A stretch of 64,000 nucleotides of DNA from Mobula birostris (Eukaryota): positions 32,994,643 to 33,058,642 of the forward strand of contig NC_092370.1 in NCBI RefSeq assembly GCF_030028105.1, read 5' to 3'. Positions 1 to 11,624 of the stretch are shown in pieces. The position numbers were made by a program, and so were the translations under genes. The notes beneath the pieces are model-generated. The model was not told the origin of the DNA. It saw only the letters and a list, made by a program, of their open reading frames with translations, and searched no databases. Each line of letters begins with the position of its first letter. The first letter of the stretch is position 1.

Positions 1-59
1 TTCCAGTGGCAGAGTCGATGGATGTTCAAAAGATCATTAAAACTGCAACATCTACAGGG

Positions 60-445
60 TGCAATCTGTCAGGTGCTGAAGGAATTTGTCTCACTTTGGG
101 CTCTCAAAAAAAAAAGGGTTTAGGAAGCTCAGAAAACAATTCCTCTCAAATATAGCAAGCAGCCACGCCTAAAATATACAAGTAAGAATGTTTTCTTGGA
201 AGTGTAATGCCTGCTGCATTTAAATTGTTTACCAGCACAGAGCAATAGCCACGGTTGATCTTTGTCCTGAGCTGGAGATACTTGCAACTAATTGATCCTC
301 GTGGTGTAAGGGAGCCATTCTTTTCTCCTTGTGAGCAACAGCATGTGGTCTTTGAGATCCAAGGACACTGGAGAGTGCATTGTACTGTCAAGTGAATAGA
401 TTTCATACCATTAGATACCAGCTCTGAGAGACAACTGAACTGAAC
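60..445 (+). pseudogene. Decayed LTR-retroelement/retroviral integrase N-terminal part
   Basis: Across stops and frameshifts: QVLKEF..HFGLSKKKGFRKLRKQF..KCNACC (HHCC-like zinc-binding), then WRYLQLID and TVK*IDFIP (like PW..LQID and FTKWIE.IP). Confidence 0.5.
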
Positions 446-695
446 TCCCTTCCCTTTCTTCCATGGTCTTCTACCCTCTTCTATCAGGTTCCCCCTCTCC
501 AGCCCTTTATCTCTTTCACCAATCAACTTCCCAGCTCTTTATTTCACCTAACACCACCTCTCACTTCTTCCTCCCCTCCCCCAGCTTCTTATTCTGACTT
601 CTCCCCTTCCATTCCAGTCCTAATTAAAGGTCTTGGCCCAAAATGTCAACTGTTTACTCTTTTCCATAGATGCTGCCTTTTTGTGTATGGTGCTT
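446..695 (+). mobile_element. Penelope-like element (PLE) terminal-repeat fragment
   Basis: Pyrimidine-rich tract, then ccagtcc-taattaa-aggtcttggccc-aaaatgtcaactg (mutated hammerhead) and catagatgctgcc; same family as 7903-8516. Confidence 0.75.
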
Positions 696-700
696 TGAAA

Positions 701-1343
701 GGGATAGTACTGTTTGACCATCTTTGTATTGTGTGGCATTAGGCAGTAACGTTTGCAGGTCATTATCCGGACATTCAGCAGCATTTTACTATGCAGACTG
801 TAGATAAGGAAGGAAAGCAAACAGTGCTTGGTCACTGGGCAGCAAGTGCTGTTCACTGACGGTATGGATCATGACTTGAGTGCACAGCTTCCGCATTCTC
901 ATGAGTTGCATATACTGTATTCAATAAAATCCAGGCTGCCACAGGTATTATTCCAGAGTGATCCAGGTAGCAGAAGTACTGTTTAAGTACCAGTGGGGTG
1001 ATTAAATGGTGCTTATGCTACTCGGACCACTCTGGAATAAATACACCCTACTTGGCAAACTGTCATGGACGTGTTTAACTTGCAACTCATGCTTGCCATT
1101 TGCTGTATCACAAGTAGCTGCAGATTTGAACCTCTCGCTTATTCCGTGGTCTACTGGCTTCTATATCATATTGCCATACTCGATCGGACCCGATGCAATA
1201 GCAGTTGTACCACAAATACACTGACACACGGAGACTGCCCCCGAATTACACAGTTCTCCACAATTCATAACATTGACCAGGTAGCAGGGAATCTTACGAT
1301 TACAAGTTTAGACAATATTAGAATCATTTCAATCACATGCTAA
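701..1343 (+). pseudogene. Possible decayed env-like (class I fusion protein) sequence
   Basis: Same strand as and downstream of the integrase relic. GIVLFD start; a basic stretch then a small-hydrophobic run (RK..VLG..AASAV, with frameshifts); AYATRTTLE*IH; later AIAVVPQI and FSTIHNIDQVAGNLTI. Pattern recognition only. Confidence 0.3.
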
Positions 1344-1639
1344 GATACAATGAGATGTAAGATAACATCGGTCAGTTAGTTATAATTATTTTAAGCCAAA
1401 GCCAGCCCATCAGTTCCTCATTCGGACCCTTCCCCTTTTCTCCAGAACATTCTAGCCCCGACACTACTCTTCCCATATTTAGCTATACTTTGAGCTGCTT
1501 CTGCAAGATCAGATAGTTCCTTATTTGAGCCTTTGCCTATCTTTAGACAACAATGACTAGTACATCACCGGCTGCTGGGTAAAGCTTCTTTCTAACTTGT
1601 CCAAACTTGTCCAAAGCAGTTAGCTAAGGCGCTTACAAG

Positions 1640-2000
1640 GTGATTGATCATTAATGAATCATTGTCCTCTGTTTTTCCCCCTATTTACCTATCCCTTCAT
1701 TCTATCAATATTCCATCTTCAGTCCTTTATCACTTCTACCTGTCATCTCCCAGCTGCTTGCATCATTCCCACACTCCTCCTTCCCTCTCACCCCCCACCC
1801 ACATGGATCAACGAATCACCCACCAGCTCTTGCTCTGCCCCTTACCCTCACCTTTTTACACTAACTAGCTTTTCTTTCTTTCCAGTTCTGATTAAGTGCC
1901 TTGACCCAAAATATTGACAATGCATTTCTCTTCACAGATGCTGCCTGATCTGCTGATATCCTCCCCTTCCATTCCAGTCCTAATAAAGGGTCTTGGCATG
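1640..2000 (+). mobile_element. PLE terminal-repeat fragments (partial tandem)
   Basis: CT-rich tract and two degenerate hammerhead-like segments (~1881-1920, ~1974-1997) with cagatgctgcctgatctgctga between them. Confidence 0.65.
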
Positions 2001-2424
2001 TTGATATAAGTGAAGCACATGGAGATATTGATGTGACAATAAATTTTAAGAGGAATTTGTTAAAAGAAAATGTTTGAGTAACATTTATATAATTGAATAA
2101 TATCCTTTGGCTGTTGAACAGTGGAGATTTTTTCCTCTTGATTCCCATTGGCATTACTTTTAAAAAGGCTGTTTGATGCTATACTTTGTCAAATGGAGTC
2201 TTCTTATCAAGGACGAGAAAGCTTGTTTTTTTTTTCCTCGCTCTAGTGCACAGTCAATACTAAAATACCATATAACAAGATGAAACAATGTCAGCACAAA
2301 TCTGTCACAAGATTCATTTCAGTTCACTTATATTTGTCTTTTATGATCCAATAATTTCATAGAAAAATTAGAATAATATACAAGTGAGCAGTTTTAATTT
2401 TTAAAAAGATGCATGGAGGGTGTA

Positions 2425-2640
2425 CGCTTTTATTCACAGGATGTGAGCATCATTTGTGAGACCTTATGTGTCCCTAACTGTAATGGAAAGTACTTATGAG
2501 CCAGAGCCTTGAACTGCTTGCAGCCCTTGTGCTCAAGGTTGTCTGTAGTTGCTGTTGGTTAAGGAACTTGAGATTTTGACCCAATGAAAGGTTTCCGAGG
2601 TGGGATTGTGAGCCGCTGTTCAAATTTGAAGCAGGGAAAT
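2425..2640 (-). mobile_element. Ancient LINE 3' end (same family as 13735-14020)
   Basis: Reverse-complement similarity to the 13735-14020 segment (cttgaactgcttgcagccc, ttttgaccca). Confidence 0.45.
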
Positions 2641-3624
2641 TCTCCCACTGCCCTGAGTAATCATTATGATAACGAAACAGGCTCAAGGGGTGGAGGCAGG
2701 AAGGGAAGCTATTGCTGGAGATGTTTGGAACATTAAAAGCTAAAACTCGTTTCATGATCCCCTGGCAGTAAGCGGTGGGCACAGGTGGAACAGGAAGGAG
2801 GAATTGTGAAGACACACTAAGGCAAATGGCTGTCTAACTATCATCATTTGCAGTAAGGATCTTTATTCATGTGTGCATTATATATGTGCATTTTGTGTAC
2901 CCATAAAGGTGGAGGTTAAATTTAAATTGCCTTGCACAGCCAAGGTATTAGTTCTCCGTTCTTTATTTCATCGTGGTTAGTGGGACCCTAGAATGGGTAC
3001 CCCATCTCCTACATAAATATGACTGACATCATTTAATTATAGAGTGCTCTGCTCTTATGAAGCAGTGAAAATGCAGATTCCTTGCAGAACTTTTACAAAC
3101 CTTATTCCACAAATCGAGAGCATTTGATTCTGCCCTCGTTCCCATCATCTCACTCCAAATTCTACGCTCATTAGGAACTCACTCATAATTTGTAGTGGCT
3201 AATGAGCATACCAGCCCGTGTGTCCTTGGGATGTGAGAGGAAACCTACTTGCCCACGGGAAAGGATAGCCACTCTGTGCAGAGAGCACTGACCCTGGATG
3301 GCAGGAACTGTGAGACAAGAGCTGTACTGTCACCCCTATTACCATTTGGTTTTCTTTTTTATCTGCCCTTCTGAAAAATCCTAGCGGGTCTGTCAACATT
3401 TGAAAGAAAATGGATTGGATTTTTCAGGGAGAAAACCTTGCTAGCAATGCCCACGTCCCAAGAATGATTTTAAAATGGAGACTTTGGTCAATGTTGTTAA
3501 GAGACAATTAACATTGAAAGCCTTTATTAATTATTTTTATTTCCTGAGCTTATTGTGCTGAAGCCAAATGTATTAGTAGTTCTACTCTGGCTGTGATCAG
3601 CTAGCCCGTACGAAGTTAGTATAT

Positions 3625-3815
3625 TTGTACTGTGGACCTTTTCCTGCTGTTCTACCTGCCCCGCCCCTTCCTTTGTTTTGGTTAGCCTTACAAAGGGGTT
3701 CGCCTGTCGGTGCTCTATCAGATCTGACAAAGGCTTTTTGTCTGAAATGTCCAACGGCTTTTTCCTTTTCAAATGTTGACAGACCTCCTGTGTACTTTCA
3801 GCATTATTTGTTTAT
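3625..3815 (+). mobile_element. Old PLE terminal-repeat fragment
   Basis: ctgacaaaggc..ctgaaatgtc, then tgttgacagacctcctgtgtactttcagcatt. Confidence 0.5.
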
Positions 3816-4744
3816 ATTCGGAAGAAAAGGGACAATTAGACTGTAATTAAAGGATTTATGATTTCTGTAGTGAAGTTGGATGAGAATATCTACTCTGTAA
3901 AATAAAACCTTGATTGAATGTTAGAGGTGCACCTTAACATAATAAGGTGATTAGTTCAACTTGGATTGACTCTTTAGTTTACCAGAGGTATTCTAAACTC
4001 TCAGATAGAAGGTGGAGAATTAGAACCAGACTCCAGGTGGTTCTTGTGACTTGTGGCTGGAACTCCACCTCTTAATCCTGACATCCAGCAAGACATTCAC
4101 CATTAGTTGATGCTAGTTCACCGCCCCCCCCCCCCGCCAATTGTGTAGGTGTTGAATAGAACTAATCATCCAGACAACTGTTATCAAAGATTACTTAGAA
4201 AGAAAACCAATTAACCTCTAAATCTATCCAGTCCTATCCAAGGAAAGAGTGAAAAATACAAAAAAAATCAGAAGATCTTAATATTTTCCAATGGAAAGTA
4301 AAAACAAAGTTAGTGTATTTCACAGAATTTTGTTGACACCTCACATGGCACCCATTTCTTCTAGTGTAAACCCTTTTGAACAGTTTTCAAATAGTGCACT
4401 TGTAGGATAGGGATTTTCTTTTTATTTATCGAGCAGTATTAAGTCATATTGAAAGGGCCAGTGAAAATCCAACTTTCTAAATGTTAGTGAAAACTAAGTC
4501 AGGAAAGCTAATGATCAAAGCCTATGTTTAGTCTTGATTTTAAACTTGTAAACACATTCTTCATTGCAATGTCATTTTAATCTCTAAATTGCCAACATCC
4601 AGCAAACTGAGGGTACAACATAGTGATCCGGAGAGGACATGTTCTTAAATTGAATTCCAAAGGCTGTGCTTTGATTATTAATACTTTTCTACTCAATCTG
4701 GTTACCATTTAAGAAGCACAAAGGAGGGAAACTGAGAGCCAAGG

Positions 4745-4953
4745 GAGACCGTAGACACTGGAAGTCGGGAGCAACACATGCTAAATGCAGGATGAATTCA
4801 ACAAGTCAGGCAGCATCTTTGCAGAGAAATGAACAGTTGACATGTCAGGCCGAGACACCTGATGAAGGGTCTTGGTCTGAAATGTCAAATGTTAGTTTCC
4901 TTTCATAGAAGTTGCCTGACCTGCTGTGTTCCTCCAGCATTTTGTGTGCATTG
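4745..4953. mobile_element. Palindromic (inverted) PLE terminal-repeat pair
   Basis: Left arm gcaacacatgctaaatgc..caggcagcatc mirrors right arm ttgcctgacctgctg..cagcattttgtgtgcattg; CTGATGA core at 4859-4865. Confidence 0.7.
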
Positions 4954-6279
4954 AAGGAGAGGAACTGGAAAGGATCAGAGTAGCCAGAGGAAAATATTTT
5001 GGGGGGAAATTTAGAACAAAGATCAATGCAATGTAGGTTCTTATATGAACAGAACAAAAGTTGAATCAGAATTTGTGGGGTTACAGTAGACATTGAATAA
5101 AGAGAGAAAATTAATTTCACTTAATCAGTCTTTACTAAGAGACCTATAAATTTGGTATTTGTACAAGTGTATCATTGCTAATACAGAGGAATTTTGGCTT
5201 TACCAATTTTTTTGTATCATGTTAGTGGCCTGTAACTAATTAACGACCTTGCATTGGACCCATTTTTATTATTAGTTTGGCAAATAGAACCAGAATAAAT
5301 TAATTCTCTTTACATATTTTTCCATTTTAAATTAAAGCAGAAATATATAATGGATGGATTATGTTACCTAATATAGATCGGTTTGAACTCTACTCTGGAG
5401 TTAAACATTCCTTGCAGGATGATATTGTGTAAATCAGGGGTCAGATTTCAGTGGGAGGCACAGGTTTGCACAGCATCCATTTGTCAATTTGATGGCACCT
5501 CTAAGAGGTTACATCAGCTTTTCTTTGAAGATGAGGGGAAATTTTACGCTCCTTTTTCAGAGCACACAGATAATACAAAGTAATGTCATGATACAATCAG
5601 ACTCTAAAAGCATATGACAACTTCGAGCAACTGCTCCTTACAGAAAATTGTTCAATATGCTGAAAACTAAGGAGATTAGCACAAATTAGTCTAGAATTTC
5701 ATTTGTGCCATTACAGTCAACAATGATCTAAAATAATTGAGTTGCCCCCTTTGCACAATTGTCCATTTCAAGAAAAGAATTGGTTTCACATTTCAGATGG
5801 TGATTTAATCAGAACATTTATAGCTATTTGCAAAATGGAACAAAGCACAGCGTTAATCAGTGATTTTAGTTGCTGAAACAGTGAAACAGCACAACGACTT
5901 TACAGCCTTGTGTTGCACTTTATTAAGAAATAGATGTAGACATAATTCAAAGGTAGATTGCAATGGATTATTGAAATTCTGCATAGAAATTAATCTGAAA
6001 TAAGGTTTAATACGCCCTCTTTCAATTCAGTAACAATGTAACACTCTTTAAATAAATTTCTCTCTAGCACTGTGGTGATATTCTCAAATTTTATTAACTT
6101 AAAAGCTTTTGTTTTCACTCATTTTAGTTGTAGAAATCTTATGATTAAAGAGTGTTATATGGTGATGGAAAGTAGGAAATATAGTACATCTAGAATTCAA
6201 GGGAATCATCCGTATTGATACTAGGCTAATAAATTTCATCTCCTAGTACAATGTGTGTCAGTGCAGATTACTTTGCACA

Positions 6280-6830
6280 TTAGGTTCTGCTCAGAGCTCC
6301 TGATATCATACCTATTTGCTTTCAAATGTGTTGAATTTGCTAACACCCTGAGGATTATTTTGTTGTCCTTCAAAGTGAAGAACTTCCCATTGAAGGGAAG
6401 AAGAAAACCAATCTATCTGACAGCTGGACACAGAGTGGTACTGGTCACCATTCTCTGGAAAAGGAAGCTGACTGCAGACACAGCAATGGGAAAACAAAAG
6501 TAGCTGAAAACTTTGGAATGAATGCTGAGGAGTGACATTAAAAAATATAACAAAGCCAGCTATACAGTAAAATTTTTTTTATTGTCTCCCGTTCAAAGTC
6601 AGTGAGAATTTTATAATTTGGAAGAATGTAATGAATACATTCATAGGTCAAAATGCTTTGAACACATAATTTGAACTTACAGGATCTGTGGACTTAGTTG
6701 TTGGAACATCAATCTTAATGATGACAAGTGCAAAGATGTTTTTCCAGCGACGAAGGTATTATAGAAGCCAGCAAAGAAAGAGATCATGTACATAGACAAG
6801 CTTTACAGGAGTTCTGCAATGAGCTGAGTG
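6280..6830 (+). pseudogene. Gypsy pol RNase H region relic
   Basis: VKNFPLKGRRKPIYLTAGHRVVLVTILWKRK..GKQK*L resembles VKKFHQYLYGRKFTL.TDHKPL.TIL..RLQRW. Confidence 0.35.
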
Positions 6831-7354
6831 GCTGGGAATGAATCTAGAAAGACAGTGAGTGTTTTCATTTGGCAACAAGTGTTAAGAAGAACTGAACGTA
6901 ACGATCGGTAAAACTATTGTAATTCTGGGACTAACTGAAATTATAATAAAATATTTTTGCAACACTTAAAGACGACAACTAGGAGGAACCAAATCTAATT
7001 GATACAATTATAAAATACTACACAAAATTTGAATTGTAAATTCGGTTTGCTTTCTAAAAGAAAATATAAGCATGTATTGCATTCGGTAGTGTGCTGTGTC
7101 AGGTGGAGTATCAGATGAATTCTGAATATACAGTGTTTTTTAATATCACTATTGACTGGTATGCAGTACTTGTAAAATGTAGTCAACTGAAGTTGGATTG
7201 CGCTTTTTTGTAACAGAAAGCTAAGAACATGAAAATATTCAGTTCTGGTGGCAACATTGGATGTTCTTACATAAATTCTAAATTCAAAATATGAGTTATT
7301 AGAATCAAAGCTTTTTAAATACAAGTTTGGATGTCTGACAAGACTAATATACAT

Positions 7355-7778
7355 ACATGTCATATGAGGATAGGTTGAGGAAGCTAGAGCTTTTTTTTTG
7401 GAGTGAAGGAGGATGAAAGGTGACATGATAGAAATGTACAAGGTGACAAGAGACATAGATCAAGAAGACAGCCAGAGGTTTTTGCCCAGGACAGAAGCGG
7501 CAAATAGAAGGTGGCATAATTTTAAGGTGATTGGAGGAGAGTATAGGGGGAATGTCAGGTTTTTTTAAAAAACACACAGTAGTGGGTGCATGGAATACGC
7601 TGTCAGGGGTGGTAGTAGAGGCAGATATATTAGGGGCTTTTAAGAAACTCTTAGTCACATGGATGATAGAAAAATGGAGGGCTATGTAAATGAGAAGAAA
7701 TAGATTGATCTTAAAGTAGGTTAAAAGGTTGGCATAGCATCATATACTGTGCTGTAGTGTTCTATGTTTTATGTTCAC
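7355..7778 (+). mobile_element. CR1 LINE 3' fragment
   Basis: SYEDRLRKL..RRMKGDMIEMYK ORF2 C-terminus, 3' UTR and (ttctatg)-like tail. Confidence 0.85.
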
Positions 7779-7963
7779 CTAAGCAGGTAATAACTTTGAT
7801 TTGGAGAAAATCTTTGAGTGTATCTTGACTAATAATTCCTGCCGAAAATTTGTAAAAATGATTCAAAAGCTAGCTGTTTAACTGAGATTCATCATAACTA
7901 AAGCAACACACATCAAAGTTGTGTTGAACGCAGCAGGCCAGGCAGCATCTCTAGGAAGCGGTA

Positions 7964-8001
7964 CAGTCGACGTTTCAGGCCGAGACCCTTCGTCAGGACT
8001 A
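7964..8001 (-). ncRNA. Minimal type I hammerhead ribozyme in PLE terminal repeat
   Basis: Minus strand: uaguc CUGACGA a gggu-cucg-gccu GAAA C GUC gacug. Full core, stem I, stem II, palindromic ACGU stem III and GUC cleavage triplet. Confidence 0.8.
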
Positions 8002-8302
8002 ACTGAAGGAAGAGTGAGTAAGAGATTTGAAAGTGGGAGGGGGAGGGGGAGATCCAAAATGATAGGAGAAGACAGGAGGGGGAGGGATGGAGCCAAGAGC
8101 TGGACAGGTGATTGGCAAAAGGGATATGAGAGGATCATGGGACAGGAGGTCCGGGGAGAAAGACAAGGAAGGCGGGGGGCGGGGGGACCCAGAGGATGGG
8201 CAAGGGGTATATTCAGAGGGACAGAGGGAGAAAAAGGAGAGTGAGAGAAAGAATGTGTGTATAAAAATAAATAACGGATGGGGTACGAGGGGGAGGTGGG
8301 GC

Positions 8303-8512
8303 CTAGCGGAAGTTAGAGAAGTCGATGTTCATGCCATCAGCTTGGAGGCTACCCAGACGGAATATAAGATGTTGTTCCTCCAACCTGAGTGTGGCTTCAT
8401 CTTTACAGTAGAGGAGGCCGTGGATAGACATGTCAGAATGGGAATGGGATGTGGAATTAAAATGTGTGGCCACTGGGAGGTCCTGCTTTCTCTGGCGGAC
8501 AGAGCGTAGGTG
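8303..8512 (-). pseudogene. PLE GIY-YIG endonuclease C-terminal fragment
   Basis: HLRSVR..DLPVATHFNSTSHSHSDMSIHGL..LRLEEQHLIFRLGSLQADGMNIDF. Confidence 0.88.
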
Positions 8513-8679
8513 TTTGTTCATCATAATTAAACCTATTCTTGCTCATGTCTTTATTCATGCAGAGAAGCTTTGGGTCAGGTATGGGAAATAGTTGATGTGG
8601 CTTAAGGTTTTAACAAGTAAGCTTTGAGATGGTTAGACTGCAGTGCACTCATGTTACGTGGACCTGCAGTCTTGATTTT

Positions 8680-9100
8680 TCTAATCCCCTTCGGCCTTAC
8701 ATGCAGGATTTTAAAATGGGTGAAAATTAAAAGTGAAGATGAGCTCTTTGTTACATTCATCTGAATTAGTTGAAGAGTGTCCTTGTTAATAGTTGTAGGC
8801 GTAAATCCTCTGACGACGTGTTCATCTAGGAGTAGAGCATGAAAATGTTAAACCTTGGTCCAGAGATGCGTAGAAGTAGCGAAAAAGTAATGGTGCAAAA
8901 ATCACTGGTTGCTGCATAGCGTTTTTGAAGTAGAAGGCATGTAACTTGGTATGTATTTGACCCTCTTGCCATTGAAATGTTATGGCAATCATCAAATATT
9001 TTACAGCAGCGTGAACTTTGCTCCAGATCTGACCTGAAACTCAAGTGAAAATGGAAAGGAATTTGAACTTTAATAAGCTGGATTCTCTTCGCAATTATGA
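8680..9100 (+). pseudogene. Gypsy pol (pre-integrase/HHCC) relic
   Basis: LRPY..DELFV, HLGVE/MKML..PEM and NGKEF..FS fragments in the order expected for Gypsy integrase. Confidence 0.4.
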
Positions 9101-9706
9101 TCTCCACCACTTCGGTCTGTGATGCCAAGAAATTTAAAATGTTTTAAAAAAGCAAATAAATCATTGTTAAGAGTCATTCAGAACTAAAATCAAATACTAT
9201 CCACAGTAGTTGCAAGTATTTTTGATTTGAAGCAGCGAGTGACTACAGTTACTTTCTTTGGTAATCTAAATCAGCTGTTCCAGGTTTTAATAACAGACCA
9301 CCTACCCTTTTTTACCCTGATAAGAACTAATTGCCGTCAACATTTTGGTATGTGTAGATTTGCTGCAGCGATTCAGATCAATCTGGATTAGTTTATTTTC
9401 ACTAGTGAAGTCAGGGTTTTGGTAGACTGATCAAGCTTAATTTGAAAGCATTCCTTCCTCTGCTGACAGAATTAGATTATCCAGGTGTACATTCGCTGCT
9501 GCAGCTAAACTGATAAAGATGCATGGGAAAAGTAGCTGGTTGTCCACATACTGTTAGAAATTTGCTCAAAGTAAAAGAGTAGGCTTCTTAAATTTTGTGC
9601 GTCACATTGCAAGTGCATTTGGTTTTTATTCCTGTAATATTTTAAGGTTCTCATCTCAAGGGTGCAATTCCAGCTAAGAGATATGCTTGTTCACTTGCTT
9701 CAGGTA

Positions 9707-10511
9707 CAGTGGATTCTGGTTAATTGGGACACATCAGGACCAGTACACTTTGGCCCAATTAAGTGCCTGCCCCAATTAGCAGAAGTTTCATGGAAATAAT
9801 TAGGATATAAAAAAGACAAACTACCATTTAACTGAGTAACAAATTATGTATTTAATTGAAATACAGAACAAATTAGAACACTACCAATACCTGTACGGTA
9901 CTATAAACTGTGTATTAGTTCCTCATAGTTAGACAGAGAAGTTCATGTGCCGTGTTTTTTTTTGATTGACTGTAAATGAACAAAATCAGCTCAGACACCT
10001 AGTACAGATAATGGGCTGTCTTCATATAATGCCTTTATACGATTGCATCCTCTGTTTCATTTTAACATTCGAGATGCTTCTTGATACCTTCGTAATTCCT
10101 AACTTATTGAAGTGAGAGAATTGTTTCATTTTCACTCCCAGCCATTCCTCGCAACTCCAAACCTGAATGCTTGAAACCACGGTGAACAAAACGGTTCGGA
10201 GTTGTCTTACTGCTTATTTCTCCTCAATAATCAGTGACAAATATCTCTGCTTTTTGAACACAAACACATGCAACTGATGCTATTTAAAAACTGTTCACTC
10301 TAAGCACAGTGTAGTATCCAATGGCTACACAAGTGCACATGACTAGCACTAGTTAGAAACAGTCTCCTGCCCCAGTTAAACGCTATAGTGTCCCAAATAA
10401 ATGAAGGCCTTCCTGGCTATTGTTTTTGGTTACTTTTTGGTTAGTTAGTATTGTCCCAAATAAACAGCTGCCCTAATTAAACTATGGCCCAATTAACCAT
10501 ATTTCCACATG
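9707..10511 (-). mobile_element. Tigger/pogo-like non-autonomous DNA transposon
   Basis: TA then CAGTGGATTCTGGTTAATTGGG; imperfect inverted end CCCAATTAACC..TTCCACATG. Internal minus-strand EISSKTTPNRFVHRGF resembles the pogo DDE C-terminus (W..V...TI.NCF...GF). Confidence 0.75.
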
Positions 10512-10599
10512 TTGCAGCTTCTCAGGTTAGATCAGTGATGAGTGGTATCAATTTAAATGTGTATATTAGAAAGCAGTACTTTCCTTGGGCTCCAAGTTT

Positions 10600-10890
10600 G
10601 ATGACGTTTGACCAAAACATTTGGGAATTGCTAACAATTCCCTGTTCCCTTTTCCGTAATATTTCTTATAACTATTTCTGTGAGCATGACTGAGGCTGCT
10701 CAGCATTCTTCCTTGGAGTCAAACTCAAAAAATTTAAATGCTTGGCTGAAGAGATGATGTGAGAAGAAAGGGATTTTATTAATGAGGAACTGGCATTAAC
10801 TATTTCGAAAAAATGAGTTGTTCCCTTGGGATAGATGCTATTTAACTCACTCCAGGATAAATTTCCCAGTTAAACAAATAACTAGGTTGG
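10600..10890 (+). pseudogene. Ancient CR1 ORF1 esterase relic
   Basis: NAWLKR*CEKKGILLMRNWH..ELFPWDRCYL resembles the ORF1 at 42438-42812 (NAWLRDWSRRQGFKFLDHW..DGLHL). Confidence 0.55.
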
Positions 10891-10899
10891 TTAATGATC

Positions 10900-11255
10900 A
10901 ACACCTTCCTCTGGTGCCTCTCCTACTTCTTGTTCTCTCATGGTCCACTCTCTTCTCCAACAGATTCATTCTCCTACCTTTTATCTTTTCCACCCATCAC
11001 CTCCCAGCTTAGCACTTCCATTTCCCCCTTCCCCCCTTCCCCCACCCATCTACCTTTTCCCCTCACCAAGTCTCACCTATCACCTTCTAGCTTGTACTCC
11101 CTCCCCTCCCCTCACCTTTTTATTCTGGCTTCTTCCCTCTTCCTACCCAGTCCTGATGAAAGGTCTCGGCCTGAAATCTCAACTGATTAATCCTTTCCAT
11201 ACATGTTACCTGACCTGCTGAGTACCTTTTGAATTTTTGTATGTTTTACTCAGGA
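10900..11255 (+). mobile_element. PLE terminal-repeat fragment with near-intact hammerhead
   Basis: cagtc CTGATGA aaggtctcggcct GAAA tctc aactg at 11148-11185; stem III is mutated. Confidence 0.8.
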
Positions 11256-11624
11256 AGTTTCCATCTAAATAATTTCCTTGACAGGCACACTTAGCTCTCT
11301 TCTTGTCTTTCCCTGAGACTGTGGTAGTTCCTGCAGCAAGTACTGTATTTCAATGAGATCATTGGAACTGAAGCTTAGGTCTCTTTCAGACTCTCACTCA
11401 GAGGTGCAAGTAGACCCATTCCCTGACACGTCAGCTACAAATGCTTTCTGCTGAGTGCCCCTTTTTCGTTCTCCTCTTTCTCACCTTTTCTTGCTGCGTG
11501 TGCCCTCGGCTCTGTCTCGGAAATATTCTGTACTCTGATGAGTCACTCATGCAGCTGAGTTGCATAAACTGCCTAGTTATGCAGCAGGCTTGAAATAAGG
11601 CAGATATTCTGAGAGTTGTGGTCT

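Larger units (their letters stand above)
7903..8516 (-). mobile_element. Young 5'-truncated Penelope-like element with 15-bp TSD
   Basis: GIY-YIG endonuclease C-terminus, then terminal repeat; flanked by ttcatcataa(c/t)taaa at 7888-7902 and 8517-8531. Confidence 0.9.

Noticed and set aside
6311-6503. Minus-strand segment bounded by ttttcag and gtatga (exon-like)
   Set aside because: All three frames hit stops; the plus strand resembles a Gypsy RNase H relic.
11475-11555. Minus-strand mini-exon candidate ending AAG/gtgaga
   Set aside because: Weak acceptor, no recognisable peptide and no partner exons.
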